From an uncultured Candidatus Saccharibacteria bacterium (lineage in GTDB: Bacteria; Patescibacteriota; Dojkabacteria; GCA-002793355), in assembly GCA_964525295.1 (NCBI GenBank), contig CAZGEO010000001.1, positions 73,671 to 137,670 of the forward strand: a stretch of DNA of 64,000 bases, read 5' to 3'. Positions within the stretch are counted from its first letter, which is position 1, and each line of letters starts with the position of its first letter. Shown here piece by piece: positions 16,544-25,729 of this stretch. The notes under the pieces were generated by a model that saw nothing but the letters and a program-made list of their open reading frames with translations, was not told the origin of the DNA and did not search any database. The position numbers were made by a program, and so were the translations under genes.

Positions 16544-18056
16544 TAAATCTATTGCAGTATTTGCGGCTACGCCAACCCCCACGCCCACCCCAAAAACCTT
16601 TGATGAAACTGTAACGTTACAATTTTTTGTAGAAAAAGATTACTCGATTACTGTAAAGGGCGTTATCGAGTTAGTAAACAATACAGGCAAAGATATCTCA
16701 CTAACCCAATACGACATGAATTTGCCGTATTTTACCCTCAAGAAGACCGAAATTGGATACGTTTACCCTGCAGCGTTTTTAGTAGACATGTATAGTGAAA
16801 ACAATTCTATTCTGTTTACTTTCAAATCAATGTATACAAAACCTGTTGTTATCGGTAAAGGTGGAAAGGTTACATTTACCTATACTGCGCAGGTAGTTAA
16901 TGCTTATAAAGAAATTGGCCCGCTTCGTACACTCGCCTTTCCATTCACTTTATCAGATGACCACAGAAAGACACAGATAACTGTTATATTAGATTCATCA
17001 CTACCGTTAGTTGCTGCGCCAAAAACAACACCCGAACTTTCAAAAAAGGGTATTTATACAATAACCGAAACTTCTGGTAAAGGATTTGTCTTTCTTGAAG
17101 GTAACGGGGTAATCTCTGTAACATTATCATCAAATCAAGAGGTAGCATTACCTTTTTTGAATCCACCAAATACCTGCATGCAAGAAACTCCTATCACCTG
17201 TACTGGCTGTAAAGAAATTAATGTGACAACAGATAGGCAAGTCCTCGCAGTTAAGCAGCCAACGGCCACAAAGGTTTCAGCAACCCTTGCGAAAGATTTC
17301 ACCAAAGATTGTTTACAGACTCAATTTAAAAATTTCGATGTCATCTCAGCTATGAATATTCAAAAACGTCAAAAAGTAACAGGATTTGCTATTATGCCCG
17401 ATACTGCAACTCTTATTCCAGCAGTCTGGGAGTACGTTACTACGGGAAGTGGTAATTATATCCAAATGCTTGATACAAATGGCATCATATACGCATTTCG
17501 CTCTGATATTTTTGGAACGTTACTGATTCCACTTATCGCCTGTACCAGTGATGATGACTGTATAAAAGCATCCCAATTATTAAGAACCTTTGATATTGCA
17601 TTAGATACGAATCCTTTGCAACCTGACCGCAAGGCGTATGCGGAAGCACAAAATAGCGATATTAATTTAGCAATTACTCAGCACGGTAGTACATTTTCGT
17701 TACTACTCGAAAATAGAACCGAGTCCTTTTTAATGATTTCTGAACCTGCAATTTCAGATAATCCACTATTCGCATTAAGACATCCTGCGACATTAATTAT
17801 CGCGCCAAAAGCGACCATTTCATACGATTTATTTACTAAAAAACGTATTCAGACTTCAAACCAACCAATTACCATTACTTTCTCTTCAAAAAAACAGAGT
17901 AGTCAAGTAACATTTTCCCCTGTAAGAATAACCATCATCACAATAATCGAAACATTAGGTTATTTATTCGTTGTTGCGCTTGGTATTTTCTTACTATCGA
18001 TATCAACAATAATTTTGTATAATCGACACAATGCTAAAAAAGATACTCATCAGTAG
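16377..18056 (+). CDS. cell-surface protein with N-terminal signal/TM and C-terminal TM anchor
   Basis: Hydrophobic N-terminus LLSLAGLLAICTIGISHLIAQA, TPTPTPTP linker, C-terminal TM helix. Confidence 0.45.
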   Translation: MLQLTQKNMLLLSNLTQQYRWLNNYLRLLSLAGLLAICTIGISHLIAQALPQSVSSKSIAVFAATPTPTPTPKTFDETVTLQFFVEKDYSITVKGVIELVNNTGKDISLTQYDMNLPYFTLKKTEIGYVYPAAFLVDMYSENNSILFTFKSMYTKPVVIGKGGKVTFTYTAQVVNAYKEIGPLRTLAFPFTLSDDHRKTQITVILDSSLPLVAAPKTTPELSKKGIYTITETSGKGFVFLEGNGVISVTLSSNQEVALPFLNPPNTCMQETPITCTGCKEINVTTDRQVLAVKQPTATKVSATLAKDFTKDCLQTQFKNFDVISAMNIQKRQKVTGFAIMPDTATLIPAVWEYVTTGSGNYIQMLDTNGIIYAFRSDIFGTLLIPLIACTSDDDCIKASQLLRTFDIALDTNPLQPDRKAYAEAQNSDINLAITQHGSTFSLLLENRTESFLMISEPAISDNPLFALRHPATLIIAPKATISYDLFTKKRIQTSNQPITITFSSKKQSSQVTFSPVRITIITIIETLGYLFVVALGIFLLSISTIILYNRHNAKKDTHQ

Positions 18057-18717
18057 TTTATTCCTACTCGTAGTGATAATTTCGTCAATCACACCAGTTA
18101 CTGCACAAACACCGACCATTACACCTTCTGCTTCAGTATCAATCACCGTGACTCCATCTATTACGACTTCACAAACTACCACCATAACCGTGCCAACGAC
18201 CTCACCAACACCATTGAGTACACCTGTTAAAGCTCCTGTTTCAATTCAACTTGAAGTTGGCACTCAATATCCCTGGAACAAGCGAATCCCCGTTACCTTG
18301 TATATAACCCCCAGCACTTCAGGAGAAAAGCTTGAAATTCGCTGGCAAAAAAGAACTGGGTTACTTGCAAATCCTCTAAATAAGGCGTGGGCTTCACCAC
18401 AAGCAGGCACTACCTATAAAGCCGAATTCCTCATTACGCCTCAATCTATTGGTTATCAACGAGCTGTAGCAGACGTCATAATTACGACCTTTAACAGTAA
18501 CTATGTCGCCTCTCAAGATTTAGTACTTAATCTTGATGCAAATAAAGTAGTGCAACCGCAAACAGGAACGTATCTTGCATATCAAATAGGCATGTACATT
18601 CTTCTCTTCTTAGTATTTCTTGTACTTATTCCTTTCGCCTTATACAAAGCATTCATGTACATTAAGAACACATTTATTCCACGATGGCTAGAATCAAAAC
18701 TCGCAAAGCCCCAGTAA
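18031..18717 (+). CDS. secreted Thr/Pro-rich protein with C-terminal TM anchor
   Basis: Signal peptide ending ...VTA-QTP, then T/S/P-rich low-complexity region and a C-terminal TM helix. Confidence 0.45.
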   Translation: MLKKILISSLFLLVVIISSITPVTAQTPTITPSASVSITVTPSITTSQTTTITVPTTSPTPLSTPVKAPVSIQLEVGTQYPWNKRIPVTLYITPSTSGEKLEIRWQKRTGLLANPLNKAWASPQAGTTYKAEFLITPQSIGYQRAVADVIITTFNSNYVASQDLVLNLDANKVVQPQTGTYLAYQIGMYILLFLVFLVLIPFALYKAFMYIKNTFIPRWLESKLAKPQ

Positions 18718-19466
18718 ATGTTTTTCTCATTATATTTCTGGGAATCATTGGAATTGCACTTACAGGCTTAATAGCATTCGCATTACTAAAAATGCGCGAT
18801 CAGAATGTTTTGTTTTTTGAGGAGGATGTTACCTCCCTAACAAAAACATATGAAAAATTGGAAGATTATTATATCGATTCGGTACAAACAGTTGTGCAAA
18901 AACAAACGCCTATTTCAATCGATTTTCTTGCTGAATTAAAAAAGTCCTATACCGATATTCAAGAAAAGTTAAAACCTTTACCAGCTTCAGATGCGAAAGC
19001 AGAATTATTGCAATCGCTCTATGAACGCGAAAACAAAGTCGTTATTTTACAATCGATCAATGAATTACTTATCGCACAACAGGTAATTGGTGAGCATGTC
19101 ACAAAATTTCAAAATTGTACAAAAAATATTTCTTTTGGGCAGGAGTCAAAAAATATAGTTGCAGAATTAAATAGTTGTCAGCAAGACTTATCTGAAGCTC
19201 AAGCACTTGCATTACAAATCAACAAATCTTCCCTAAGTTTATGTGAAGTGGAACGTAGCCCTTCTATTCTTCTTGGTAAAATGAACGAACAGCATACTGC
19301 TTTAACTGCGTACTATTCTGCGGTAAGCACGAAAAATGCAAAAGAGGCAACAATAGCAGATCAAAACTACCGATCACTTACTAGTGAACTTGCACGTACA
19401 CCTGGGTGGAATACTTGTATTGCGCTGTCTATTGCGCAACAAAGCGATTTACTGAAAGAATATTAA
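18684..19466 (+). CDS. membrane-anchored coiled-coil protein
   Basis: N-terminal TM helix followed by a heptad-rich region. Confidence 0.4.
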   Translation: MARIKTRKAPVNVFLIIFLGIIGIALTGLIAFALLKMRDQNVLFFEEDVTSLTKTYEKLEDYYIDSVQTVVQKQTPISIDFLAELKKSYTDIQEKLKPLPASDAKAELLQSLYERENKVVILQSINELLIAQQVIGEHVTKFQNCTKNISFGQESKNIVAELNSCQQDLSEAQALALQINKSSLSLCEVERSPSILLGKMNEQHTALTAYYSAVSTKNAKEATIADQNYRSLTSELARTPGWNTCIALSIAQQSDLLKEY

Positions 19467-20356
19467 CGTTTACCACCAAACAATGATTTCATCATCGACT
19501 TCATTTCATCTAACGGACCTGGTAGCTTTTTAACTTCTACACCAAGTGAGCTTGTAGTTTGAACTGTTTCTGTCGTTTGAGCAACTTCAGGTTGAACAAA
19601 TTGCTGTTGTGGTAATGGTTGAGCCATTCTTTCTTCAGGAATGCCTCGCATTTGTTGTATATAGCGATTTTTTTCTATAAGTAACTGCTGCAACGTATAC
19701 AGTTCTTGTTGCATCGAAGCCAACGAAGCTTCCATTTGTTTTGTTCGAATATCAAGATCATTCATTGATTGTTTTAATGATGCATGTTCTCGAGCTTTCT
19801 CCACAAGTTGTTTGTGTTCTGGCAAGGTTAACAGGCTCTTAACCAATGATTCCTCGGTTAATGTACTAAATCGATAATAGCTAAAATCACGGTCTGAGGC
19901 TTCTTTACCTAAAACGAGAAGGAATGTTTCTGTAATAACTCGACGTCGCTCATCTTCTGTCATTCTTGAAAGTGATTGACCTTTAATTGGTGATGAACTT
20001 TTCGTATTGTTTGGTGAAAAAGAGGGAAGAGTACTCGGTAAATCATCAGATTCATCAATATCAAAATCTTCTAATGAAAAATCTCCATCATCATCAAGAC
20101 TCGGCTGCGGTGGTTGTGCCACCGATTGCATTTTAGGAACCATATTTTGCACTCGAGATAGCGGATTTTGAGCTAGCATTGGAGCATTTGACTGCATAAC
20201 AGGAGTTTGAACTGGAATTGTCACAGGAGAATCTTGTTGAGCAATTGGCATAGCAGGAGGCGATGAAACAGGTGGATTAATCGTAGTATTTGAATCTGCA
20301 GGAAGTGAACCTTGGGCAGAATTTCTCACTTGCCCTGGCGTTGACACTATTGGCAT
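19463..20356 (-). CDS. Pro/Gln-rich hypothetical protein with DUF4214-like segment
   Basis: ITETFLLVLGKEASDRDFSYYRFS resembles the DUF4214 pattern. Otherwise low complexity. Confidence 0.35.
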   Translation of the reverse strand: MPIVSTPGQVRNSAQGSLPADSNTTINPPVSSPPAMPIAQQDSPVTIPVQTPVMQSNAPMLAQNPLSRVQNMVPKMQSVAQPPQPSLDDDGDFSLEDFDIDESDDLPSTLPSFSPNNTKSSSPIKGQSLSRMTEDERRRVITETFLLVLGKEASDRDFSYYRFSTLTEESLVKSLLTLPEHKQLVEKAREHASLKQSMNDLDIRTKQMEASLASMQQELYTLQQLLIEKNRYIQQMRGIPEERMAQPLPQQQFVQPEVAQTTETVQTTSSLGVEVKKLPGPLDEMKSMMKSLFGGKR

Positions 20357-20396
20357 GTTGAATTATACCATTTTGTCATGATAGAATCTAATTGTT

Positions 20397-20470
20397 GCGG
20401 ACGTAGTTCAGTTGGCTAGAACGCCTCCTTGCCAAGGAGGAGGTCGCGGGTTCGAATCCCGTCGTCCGCT
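20397..20470 (+). tRNA. tRNA-Gly (GCC)
   Basis: Acceptor GCGGACG/CGTCCGC, D-arm GTTC-AGTTGGCTA-GAAC, anticodon stem CCTCC/GGAGG with loop TTGCCAA, T-arm GCGGG-TTCGAAT-CCCGT. Upstream TTGAAT-18-TAGAAT promoter. Confidence 0.85.
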
Positions 20471-20783
20471 TTTTCTTCTTTTAGCTTCCCATTTTCTCTA
20501 AAGCAACTCCACTCACACCAGAAACATCTTCATATTTCCGGTTATGCTCGTCCGTTTACTTTATTCTTGGTGTTGCGCACAAAAAATAAAAAGCGGGAAG
20601 TTAAAAGAAGAAGGAAATGTAATGAGGGATTCGAAACCCAAGGAGAATGTAGCAACCTACATTCGACAAAGGGCGGGGCTGCGCCTAACAACCCCTAAAA
20701 CTTATAAGTGCAATTTTAGTGATGAATCAACATAAGGAAGATGAATCCTGAAATTGGTGGGAAGCCGAATCCCGTCGTCCGCT
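20471..20783 (+). repeat. tRNA-3'-flanking element copy 3 (after tRNA-Gly)
   Basis: CGAATCCCGTCGTCCGC at 20765-20781 duplicates tRNA positions 56-72 at 20453-20469. Hairpin AATGTAG-CAAC-CTACATT at 20646-20663. Core AGGGCGGGGCTGCGCCTAACAACC at 20669-20693. Junction AAATTGGTGGGAAGCCGAATCCC. Confidence 0.7.
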
Positions 20784-20830
20784 TATGGGTTGGTGTTCAT
20801 CTGAAAAGATGGATAGCAACCCATTTTTAT
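20784..20830 (+). terminator. rho-independent terminator immediately after element copy 3
   Basis: ATGGGTTG...CAACCCAT 8-bp stem followed by TTTTATT. Confidence 0.55.
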
Positions 20831-20856
20831 TATGTCGGGATACGATATAATGGGGT

Positions 20857-21213
20857 ATGAAATACATTAAAGCAGGAGCAAGTCAAAAAATTGTTAAAGA
20901 AGATTACGCCAAAGAAATACTTTTTGACTCAACCGATCTTCCCGAAGGTGGGCACTTACTTCAAATAGTTACAATACCACCAAATACCAACCAACGAATT
21001 CACAGCCACGATCAACAAACTGAAGTCTTTTTAATCCTTTCAGGAGAGTGCGACATAATCATTAACGGAACCGTTTTTAACGCTACCCCAGGTGACGCCT
21101 TTGTATGTTCACCAGGCGATAAACACAATCTTCATAATCGCTCCAATACTGAATTTAAACTCGCTGTTTTCAAAATTAACCTGCCCATCTCAGATGATAC
21201 CCACTGGAGCTAA
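20857..21213 (+). CDS. cupin-domain protein
   Basis: Two-His cupin motif region (HSHDQQTEVFLILSGE ... GDKHNL). Confidence 0.55.
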   Translation: MKYIKAGASQKIVKEDYAKEILFDSTDLPEGGHLLQIVTIPPNTNQRIHSHDQQTEVFLILSGECDIIINGTVFNATPGDAFVCSPGDKHNLHNRSNTEFKLAVFKINLPISDDTHWS

Positions 21214-21230
21214 CTTAAGTTAAAAATCGA

Positions 21231-21962
21231 ATGCAACCCATCTACTTCTTCTTCCATCTAGCAAAAACAGGAGGAACCACCTTTGTTGGAAATTTATACG
21301 AGCATTTGAAATTCGATTATGATTTTGTTGACCTAGGGCCACAGGGAACCGATTTTCGTGAAGAAAATAATAGACCTCCATTGGAGCAACGTAGTCAAGA
21401 AGAGCTAGATCAAATTAAAATCGTTGTTGGTCATTTAGTTTATTGGGAAAATCTGGATTTATTTCCCAATCGAGAAAAAAGAAAGATTATTTTTTTCAGA
21501 GAACCTGTAAGTCGCGTAATTTCTCACTATACATTCAATGCTTCAAAAGAAGAGCAAATTTTTGCTGATTGGTATAGTAGTTGGATAAAAAATCAAATGA
21601 CTGTGTTTCTTTACGACCATTTCCGTGTTTCAACCCTACAAGATGTGCTTGAAAAGCTTGAGACATTTTGGCATATTGGCTTCAAAGAAGATTTACATCC
21701 AAGCCTTGTTCAATTGTATACAGAATTAGCAATTCCAACTACCTACAAAAATAGACGTGTTGCCGGGCAAGATGCTGGGGTAAAAGAACTCGGATACAAA
21801 GACAGATTTGAACTAAAGCCCACCTATCAACCAACACCAGAAGAGCTTGAAATGATTAAAAAAGATCATCAAATTGATACCTGGCTTTACAATACCATAA
21901 GGAATAACACACGTAACTTTAGATTTGTTAAACCAGTAAACTTAGAGATTCCTACGTTCTAA
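21231..21962 (+). CDS. sulfotransferase-family protein
   Basis: N-terminal 5'-PSB-like motif HLAKTGGTTF. Confidence 0.55.
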   Translation: MQPIYFFFHLAKTGGTTFVGNLYEHLKFDYDFVDLGPQGTDFREENNRPPLEQRSQEELDQIKIVVGHLVYWENLDLFPNREKRKIIFFREPVSRVISHYTFNASKEEQIFADWYSSWIKNQMTVFLYDHFRVSTLQDVLEKLETFWHIGFKEDLHPSLVQLYTELAIPTTYKNRRVAGQDAGVKELGYKDRFELKPTYQPTPEELEMIKKDHQIDTWLYNTIRNNTRNFRFVKPVNLEIPTF

Positions 21963-21978
21963 TCTGCTAAAATACCTT

Positions 21979-23127
21979 ATGCAAGAACCGAAAGTCGCCC
22001 TAGTACATGATTTTTTCACTGTTTGGGGTGGCGCTGAAGGTGTTTGTGACGCGCTAGCACAAGCATTCCCAAATCACACCATAACAGCAGCAATTGTTCA
22101 TTCCGAAACAGTTCACGCGCCTTTAAACAAAGAACAGATATCCTCAACCTTTTTACAGAAACTTCCACTTAACCGTACAAAAATGATCAATCTCTACAAA
22201 TTCTTACTACCTCTTGCATTTGAATCTATACACTTTATCCCCGATACGCAGCTTATCATTAGTGATACTGCATCATTTGGGAAATTTATAATTCCACCAG
22301 TTGGTGTAAAACACCTTTCATACATTCACACTCCACCAAGATTTCTTTGGAATATGCCCCCAAGCATGAAAGTCAGGGCAAATAACTTTCTGCGATTTTG
22401 CTGGAATATTGTTATTGGTTCTACCTTCCGCATTGCAGATTTTCTCCACGCACGAAGAATACATGGTTTGATTGCAAACTCACAGGAAGTAGCAAAAAGA
22501 ATTCGCAAATTTTATCGTAAAGAGCCATTAGCCATTATTAATCCACCTATCTACGTGAAAAAATTTGCAAAGCAGGTAGATGATTTGTATAAAGCGAACA
22601 AAATTTCTGATAAACCCTCTTTTTTGGCATTTGGTCGAATGGAAACATACAAGAACTTCGATAAATTGATAGAAATTTGGCCTGATGAATTCCAACTAAC
22701 ACTTGCTGGGCGAGGAAGTCAGGTTCCAACTATTAAAAAACTAATTGCTCATAAACCAAATATCCAGTTTATTGATCGTTATATCTCAGATGAAGAAAAA
22801 GCAATTCTTTTTGCCTCTCATCAAGGTTTTTTGTATCCAAATGTTGAGGATTTCGGCATGATGATGGTTGAAGCGATTGCTGTTGGTACGCCAGTAATCG
22901 CTATGCGAGAGGGTGGTGGAAGCGAAATTGTGAAACATGAAAAAACAGGTTATCTTTTAGAAAAATTATCAAAAGAAGAATTACTTGCAGCACTAACTTG
23001 GGTTAACTCATTTAAAAAAAGTGACCAACAACGAAAGGCCTTTTACGCAGATATGTTACAATACGACATCGACAACTTTATTCAGAAAATTAGGGCTGTT
23101 GCGAAACAATTTATAAAACCTATATGA
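21979..23127 (+). CDS. GT-B glycosyltransferase (GT1/GT4 family)
   Basis: C-terminal EDFGMMMVEAIAVGTPVIA matches the E-x7-E/GT4 donor-binding motif. Confidence 0.7.
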   Translation: MQEPKVALVHDFFTVWGGAEGVCDALAQAFPNHTITAAIVHSETVHAPLNKEQISSTFLQKLPLNRTKMINLYKFLLPLAFESIHFIPDTQLIISDTASFGKFIIPPVGVKHLSYIHTPPRFLWNMPPSMKVRANNFLRFCWNIVIGSTFRIADFLHARRIHGLIANSQEVAKRIRKFYRKEPLAIINPPIYVKKFAKQVDDLYKANKISDKPSFLAFGRMETYKNFDKLIEIWPDEFQLTLAGRGSQVPTIKKLIAHKPNIQFIDRYISDEEKAILFASHQGFLYPNVEDFGMMMVEAIAVGTPVIAMREGGGSEIVKHEKTGYLLEKLSKEELLAALTWVNSFKKSDQQRKAFYADMLQYDIDNFIQKIRAVAKQFIKPI

Positions 23128-24578
23128 AACAATTTTTCAAAAGTTTACTAAGCTTTTTGATTCTTGCTGCAGCAGACGTTGCAATCATTATCTCAGCATT
23201 TGGCTTAGCTATAACTATTCGTAACTTTTTAGGTAATTTTATTGAAATTCCGAATTTATTAACAGACGATCCCCTAGCATATCAACTCAATAACTGGTGG
23301 ATAATCCCTTTGTATGTAGCAATTTTTTGGATAGAAGGTTTATATACAAAACATCGACCTTTCTGGCAGGAAGCTAAAGTACTATCGCGGGCAATTTTTA
23401 TTACAGCACTAACCGTTTATTCATTCATTTCTCTTGGACGAATCGATGAATACATCTCTAGAATCCTTTTTGTGCTACATCCATTAATATTGATGGGGTT
23501 GTTACCATTAACGCGAAGAATTTTGAAATCTATTTTGTTCAAACTTGGATATTGGAAAACTCAAATTGTTGAAGTACGAATCGATACAGAATATTCATTA
23601 AAAGAATCATTTTCTCGGAATCAATTCATCGGGTACTCAATTGTCGATTCAATCAAAGTTTCCTTAGAAAACGAAGAGTATCAATCCATAATCGAATCAA
23701 CAAAGAAAACTCAGGAAAGAACAAATTCAAATTCACTTTTGGTTGTTGTTAAAGACATTACTTCACCTAAAGTTGGTGAACTTGTTGAACGTTTGTATTT
23801 CATATCCGATCATATTCTTGTGGTTCCTGAAATGCTTGATTTAGACGTGCTTAACGCTGACGTCTATCACATGATGTACGAGAATCTCTTTATCTTTGAT
23901 ATCAACAAAGGATTAAATGCAGCGTTCAATCAGTTTCTCAAACGTATCATCGACATTCTGCTTTCTACCATTGGCATCATTATCTTCTCGCCAATTTTAC
24001 TTTTCGTTTCAATTCTTGTACTTATTGCCGATGGAATGCCAATTTTCTATAATCACGATAGGTTTGGCAAAGGCGGAAAGATTTTTACTTTCCACAAATT
24101 CCGCTCAATGCGAAATGAAAGATATCCCGATGAAAATTTTGAATTAGTGAAGAAATATGTTGCTAATGACCCAGTAAAAAAGCTGGAATGGGAGAAATTC
24201 CAAAAACTTGAGAATGATCCCAATGATCCTCGCATTCTAAAGGGTATGAATATAATTCGCAGAACTTCACTAGACGAGTTAGCCCAGTTATTCAATGTTT
24301 TCAAGGGCGACATGAGTATTGTTGGGCCACGCCCATTCATGCCCAGAGAACGCGAAATGATGGGAGATTATTTCGACCGAGTTTTGGCAGCGAAGCCCGG
24401 TATAACCGATTTGTGGACTGTCAGCGGTAGAAATTCATTGACTTTTGAACAACGATTGAAGATGAGCACTTGGTATATTCAAAACTGGTCACTTTGGCTT
24501 GACTTTGTCATTATTGCAAAAACGATTCAGCAAGTAATTTCATATTTCTTCAAATGGTCAAAACGATCCAAGAAGTAG
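23124..24578 (+). CDS. polyprenyl-phosphate sugar phosphotransferase (WbaP/bacterial sugar transferase family)
   Basis: C-terminal Bac_transf motifs: RFGKGGKIFTFHKFRSM, DELAQLFNVFKGDMSIVGPRP. N-terminal TM block. Confidence 0.75.
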   Translation: MKQFFKSLLSFLILAAADVAIIISAFGLAITIRNFLGNFIEIPNLLTDDPLAYQLNNWWIIPLYVAIFWIEGLYTKHRPFWQEAKVLSRAIFITALTVYSFISLGRIDEYISRILFVLHPLILMGLLPLTRRILKSILFKLGYWKTQIVEVRIDTEYSLKESFSRNQFIGYSIVDSIKVSLENEEYQSIIESTKKTQERTNSNSLLVVVKDITSPKVGELVERLYFISDHILVVPEMLDLDVLNADVYHMMYENLFIFDINKGLNAAFNQFLKRIIDILLSTIGIIIFSPILLFVSILVLIADGMPIFYNHDRFGKGGKIFTFHKFRSMRNERYPDENFELVKKYVANDPVKKLEWEKFQKLENDPNDPRILKGMNIIRRTSLDELAQLFNVFKGDMSIVGPRPFMPREREMMGDYFDRVLAAKPGITDLWTVSGRNSLTFEQRLKMSTWYIQNWSLWLDFVIIAKTIQQVISYFFKWSKRSKK

Positions 24579-24937
24579 CTAGAAAACATTTTTCAAGCCA
24601 AAAATATGCCTGGAATGGTTTATCTTTAATAGTTATTGGCCAAGCAAATTTTCGTATTGAGTTAGCAATTACTGTATTGGTTATAGCAGCAGGATTATAC
24701 TTCAAAATTTCACTTCTTGAGTGGTATGGTGTTCTTTTCAGTATTACGATAGTGCTTATTACCGAGGCATTAAATTCAGCACTCGAAAGCGCCTGTGATG
24801 CAATTACAACACAGAGAAATGGAGCCATTCGCTATGCCAAGGACGTCGCTGCTGGTGCGGTCTTGGTTGCAGCAATCGCCGCTGTTGTCGTTGGTATGGT
24901 TGTATTTTGGCCTTATGTCATTCATCTTTTTTCATGA
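24554..24937 (+). CDS. diacylglycerol/undecaprenol kinase (DgkA family)
   Basis: ~125 aa, three TM helices, EALNSALE motif. Confidence 0.7.
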   Translation: MVKTIQEVARKHFSSQKYAWNGLSLIVIGQANFRIELAITVLVIAAGLYFKISLLEWYGVLFSITIVLITEALNSALESACDAITTQRNGAIRYAKDVAAGAVLVAAIAAVVVGMVVFWPYVIHLFS

Positions 24938-25662
24938 TTCGCTTTACTGTATTAACGCTTTTTCCCGAAATCATCGAAGGTTATTGTGCAAGCAGTATTA
25001 TTGGCAGAGCTCAAAAGAATGGGCTCTTGACCGTCAATGTGCGAAATATTCGAGATTGGGCAACCGACAAACACCATACTGTAGACGATCGAATTTTTGG
25101 CGGTGGAGCAGGCATGCTCATGAAAATTGAACCATTATATCTAGCTATCACCGAATTAAAGACAAAAGCTATTACCGATGGATTTAAGCCTTTCGTTATT
25201 GCGACAGCTGCATCAGGTGCATTATTTACACAAAAAATTGCTGAAAAATGGGCTAAAGTAGATGAAGCTACTGATTACATCATAATTTGTGGGCATTACG
25301 AGGGCTTTGATGCACGAATAGAAAATTTTATCAACCAAAAAATCGGTATCGGGCCATACATTTTAACTGGTGGTGAATTACCTTCATTAATTATGATTGA
25401 TGCAACTGCAAGATTACTCCCCGATGTCCTTGGAAACCCAGAAAGCGCTATCGACGAAACAACTTTCATTTTGAAAGATGACCAAATCATCGTTGATGGT
25501 GAACACCCACAATACACTGTACCCGCAGAATTCATTTATACCGACAATGTCGGTCAACCGATTTCATTGAAAGTGCCAGAAATCCTTAGATCTGGTCATC
25601 ACGCAAAGATAAAAAAAACGAACGAATCACAAAGGCAAGAAAGCACGCAGAATATTGGGTAG
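24907..25662 (+). CDS. trmD: tRNA (guanine37-N1)-methyltransferase
   Basis: MIRFTVLTLFPE ... RDWATDKHHTVDDRIFGGGAGMLM SPOUT-knot motifs. Confidence 0.85.
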   Translation: MALCHSSFFMIRFTVLTLFPEIIEGYCASSIIGRAQKNGLLTVNVRNIRDWATDKHHTVDDRIFGGGAGMLMKIEPLYLAITELKTKAITDGFKPFVIATAASGALFTQKIAEKWAKVDEATDYIIICGHYEGFDARIENFINQKIGIGPYILTGGELPSLIMIDATARLLPDVLGNPESAIDETTFILKDDQIIVDGEHPQYTVPAEFIYTDNVGQPISLKVPEILRSGHHAKIKKTNESQRQESTQNIG

Positions 25663-25729
25663 ATTGTATATAAGAGGGATCATTTTTCTCAGCGTATACT
25701 AGGTCAGATTAAGTTAACTGACCACGCAT

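Noticed and set aside
20429-20735. Track ORFs 20429-20698 and 20544-20735 (89 and 63 aa) lying over tRNA-Gly and element copy 3
   Set aside because: They start inside the tRNA and run through a paralogous non-coding repeat. Their translations are low-complexity (RRRSRVR...) and are not conserved between the element copies. Treated as spurious.
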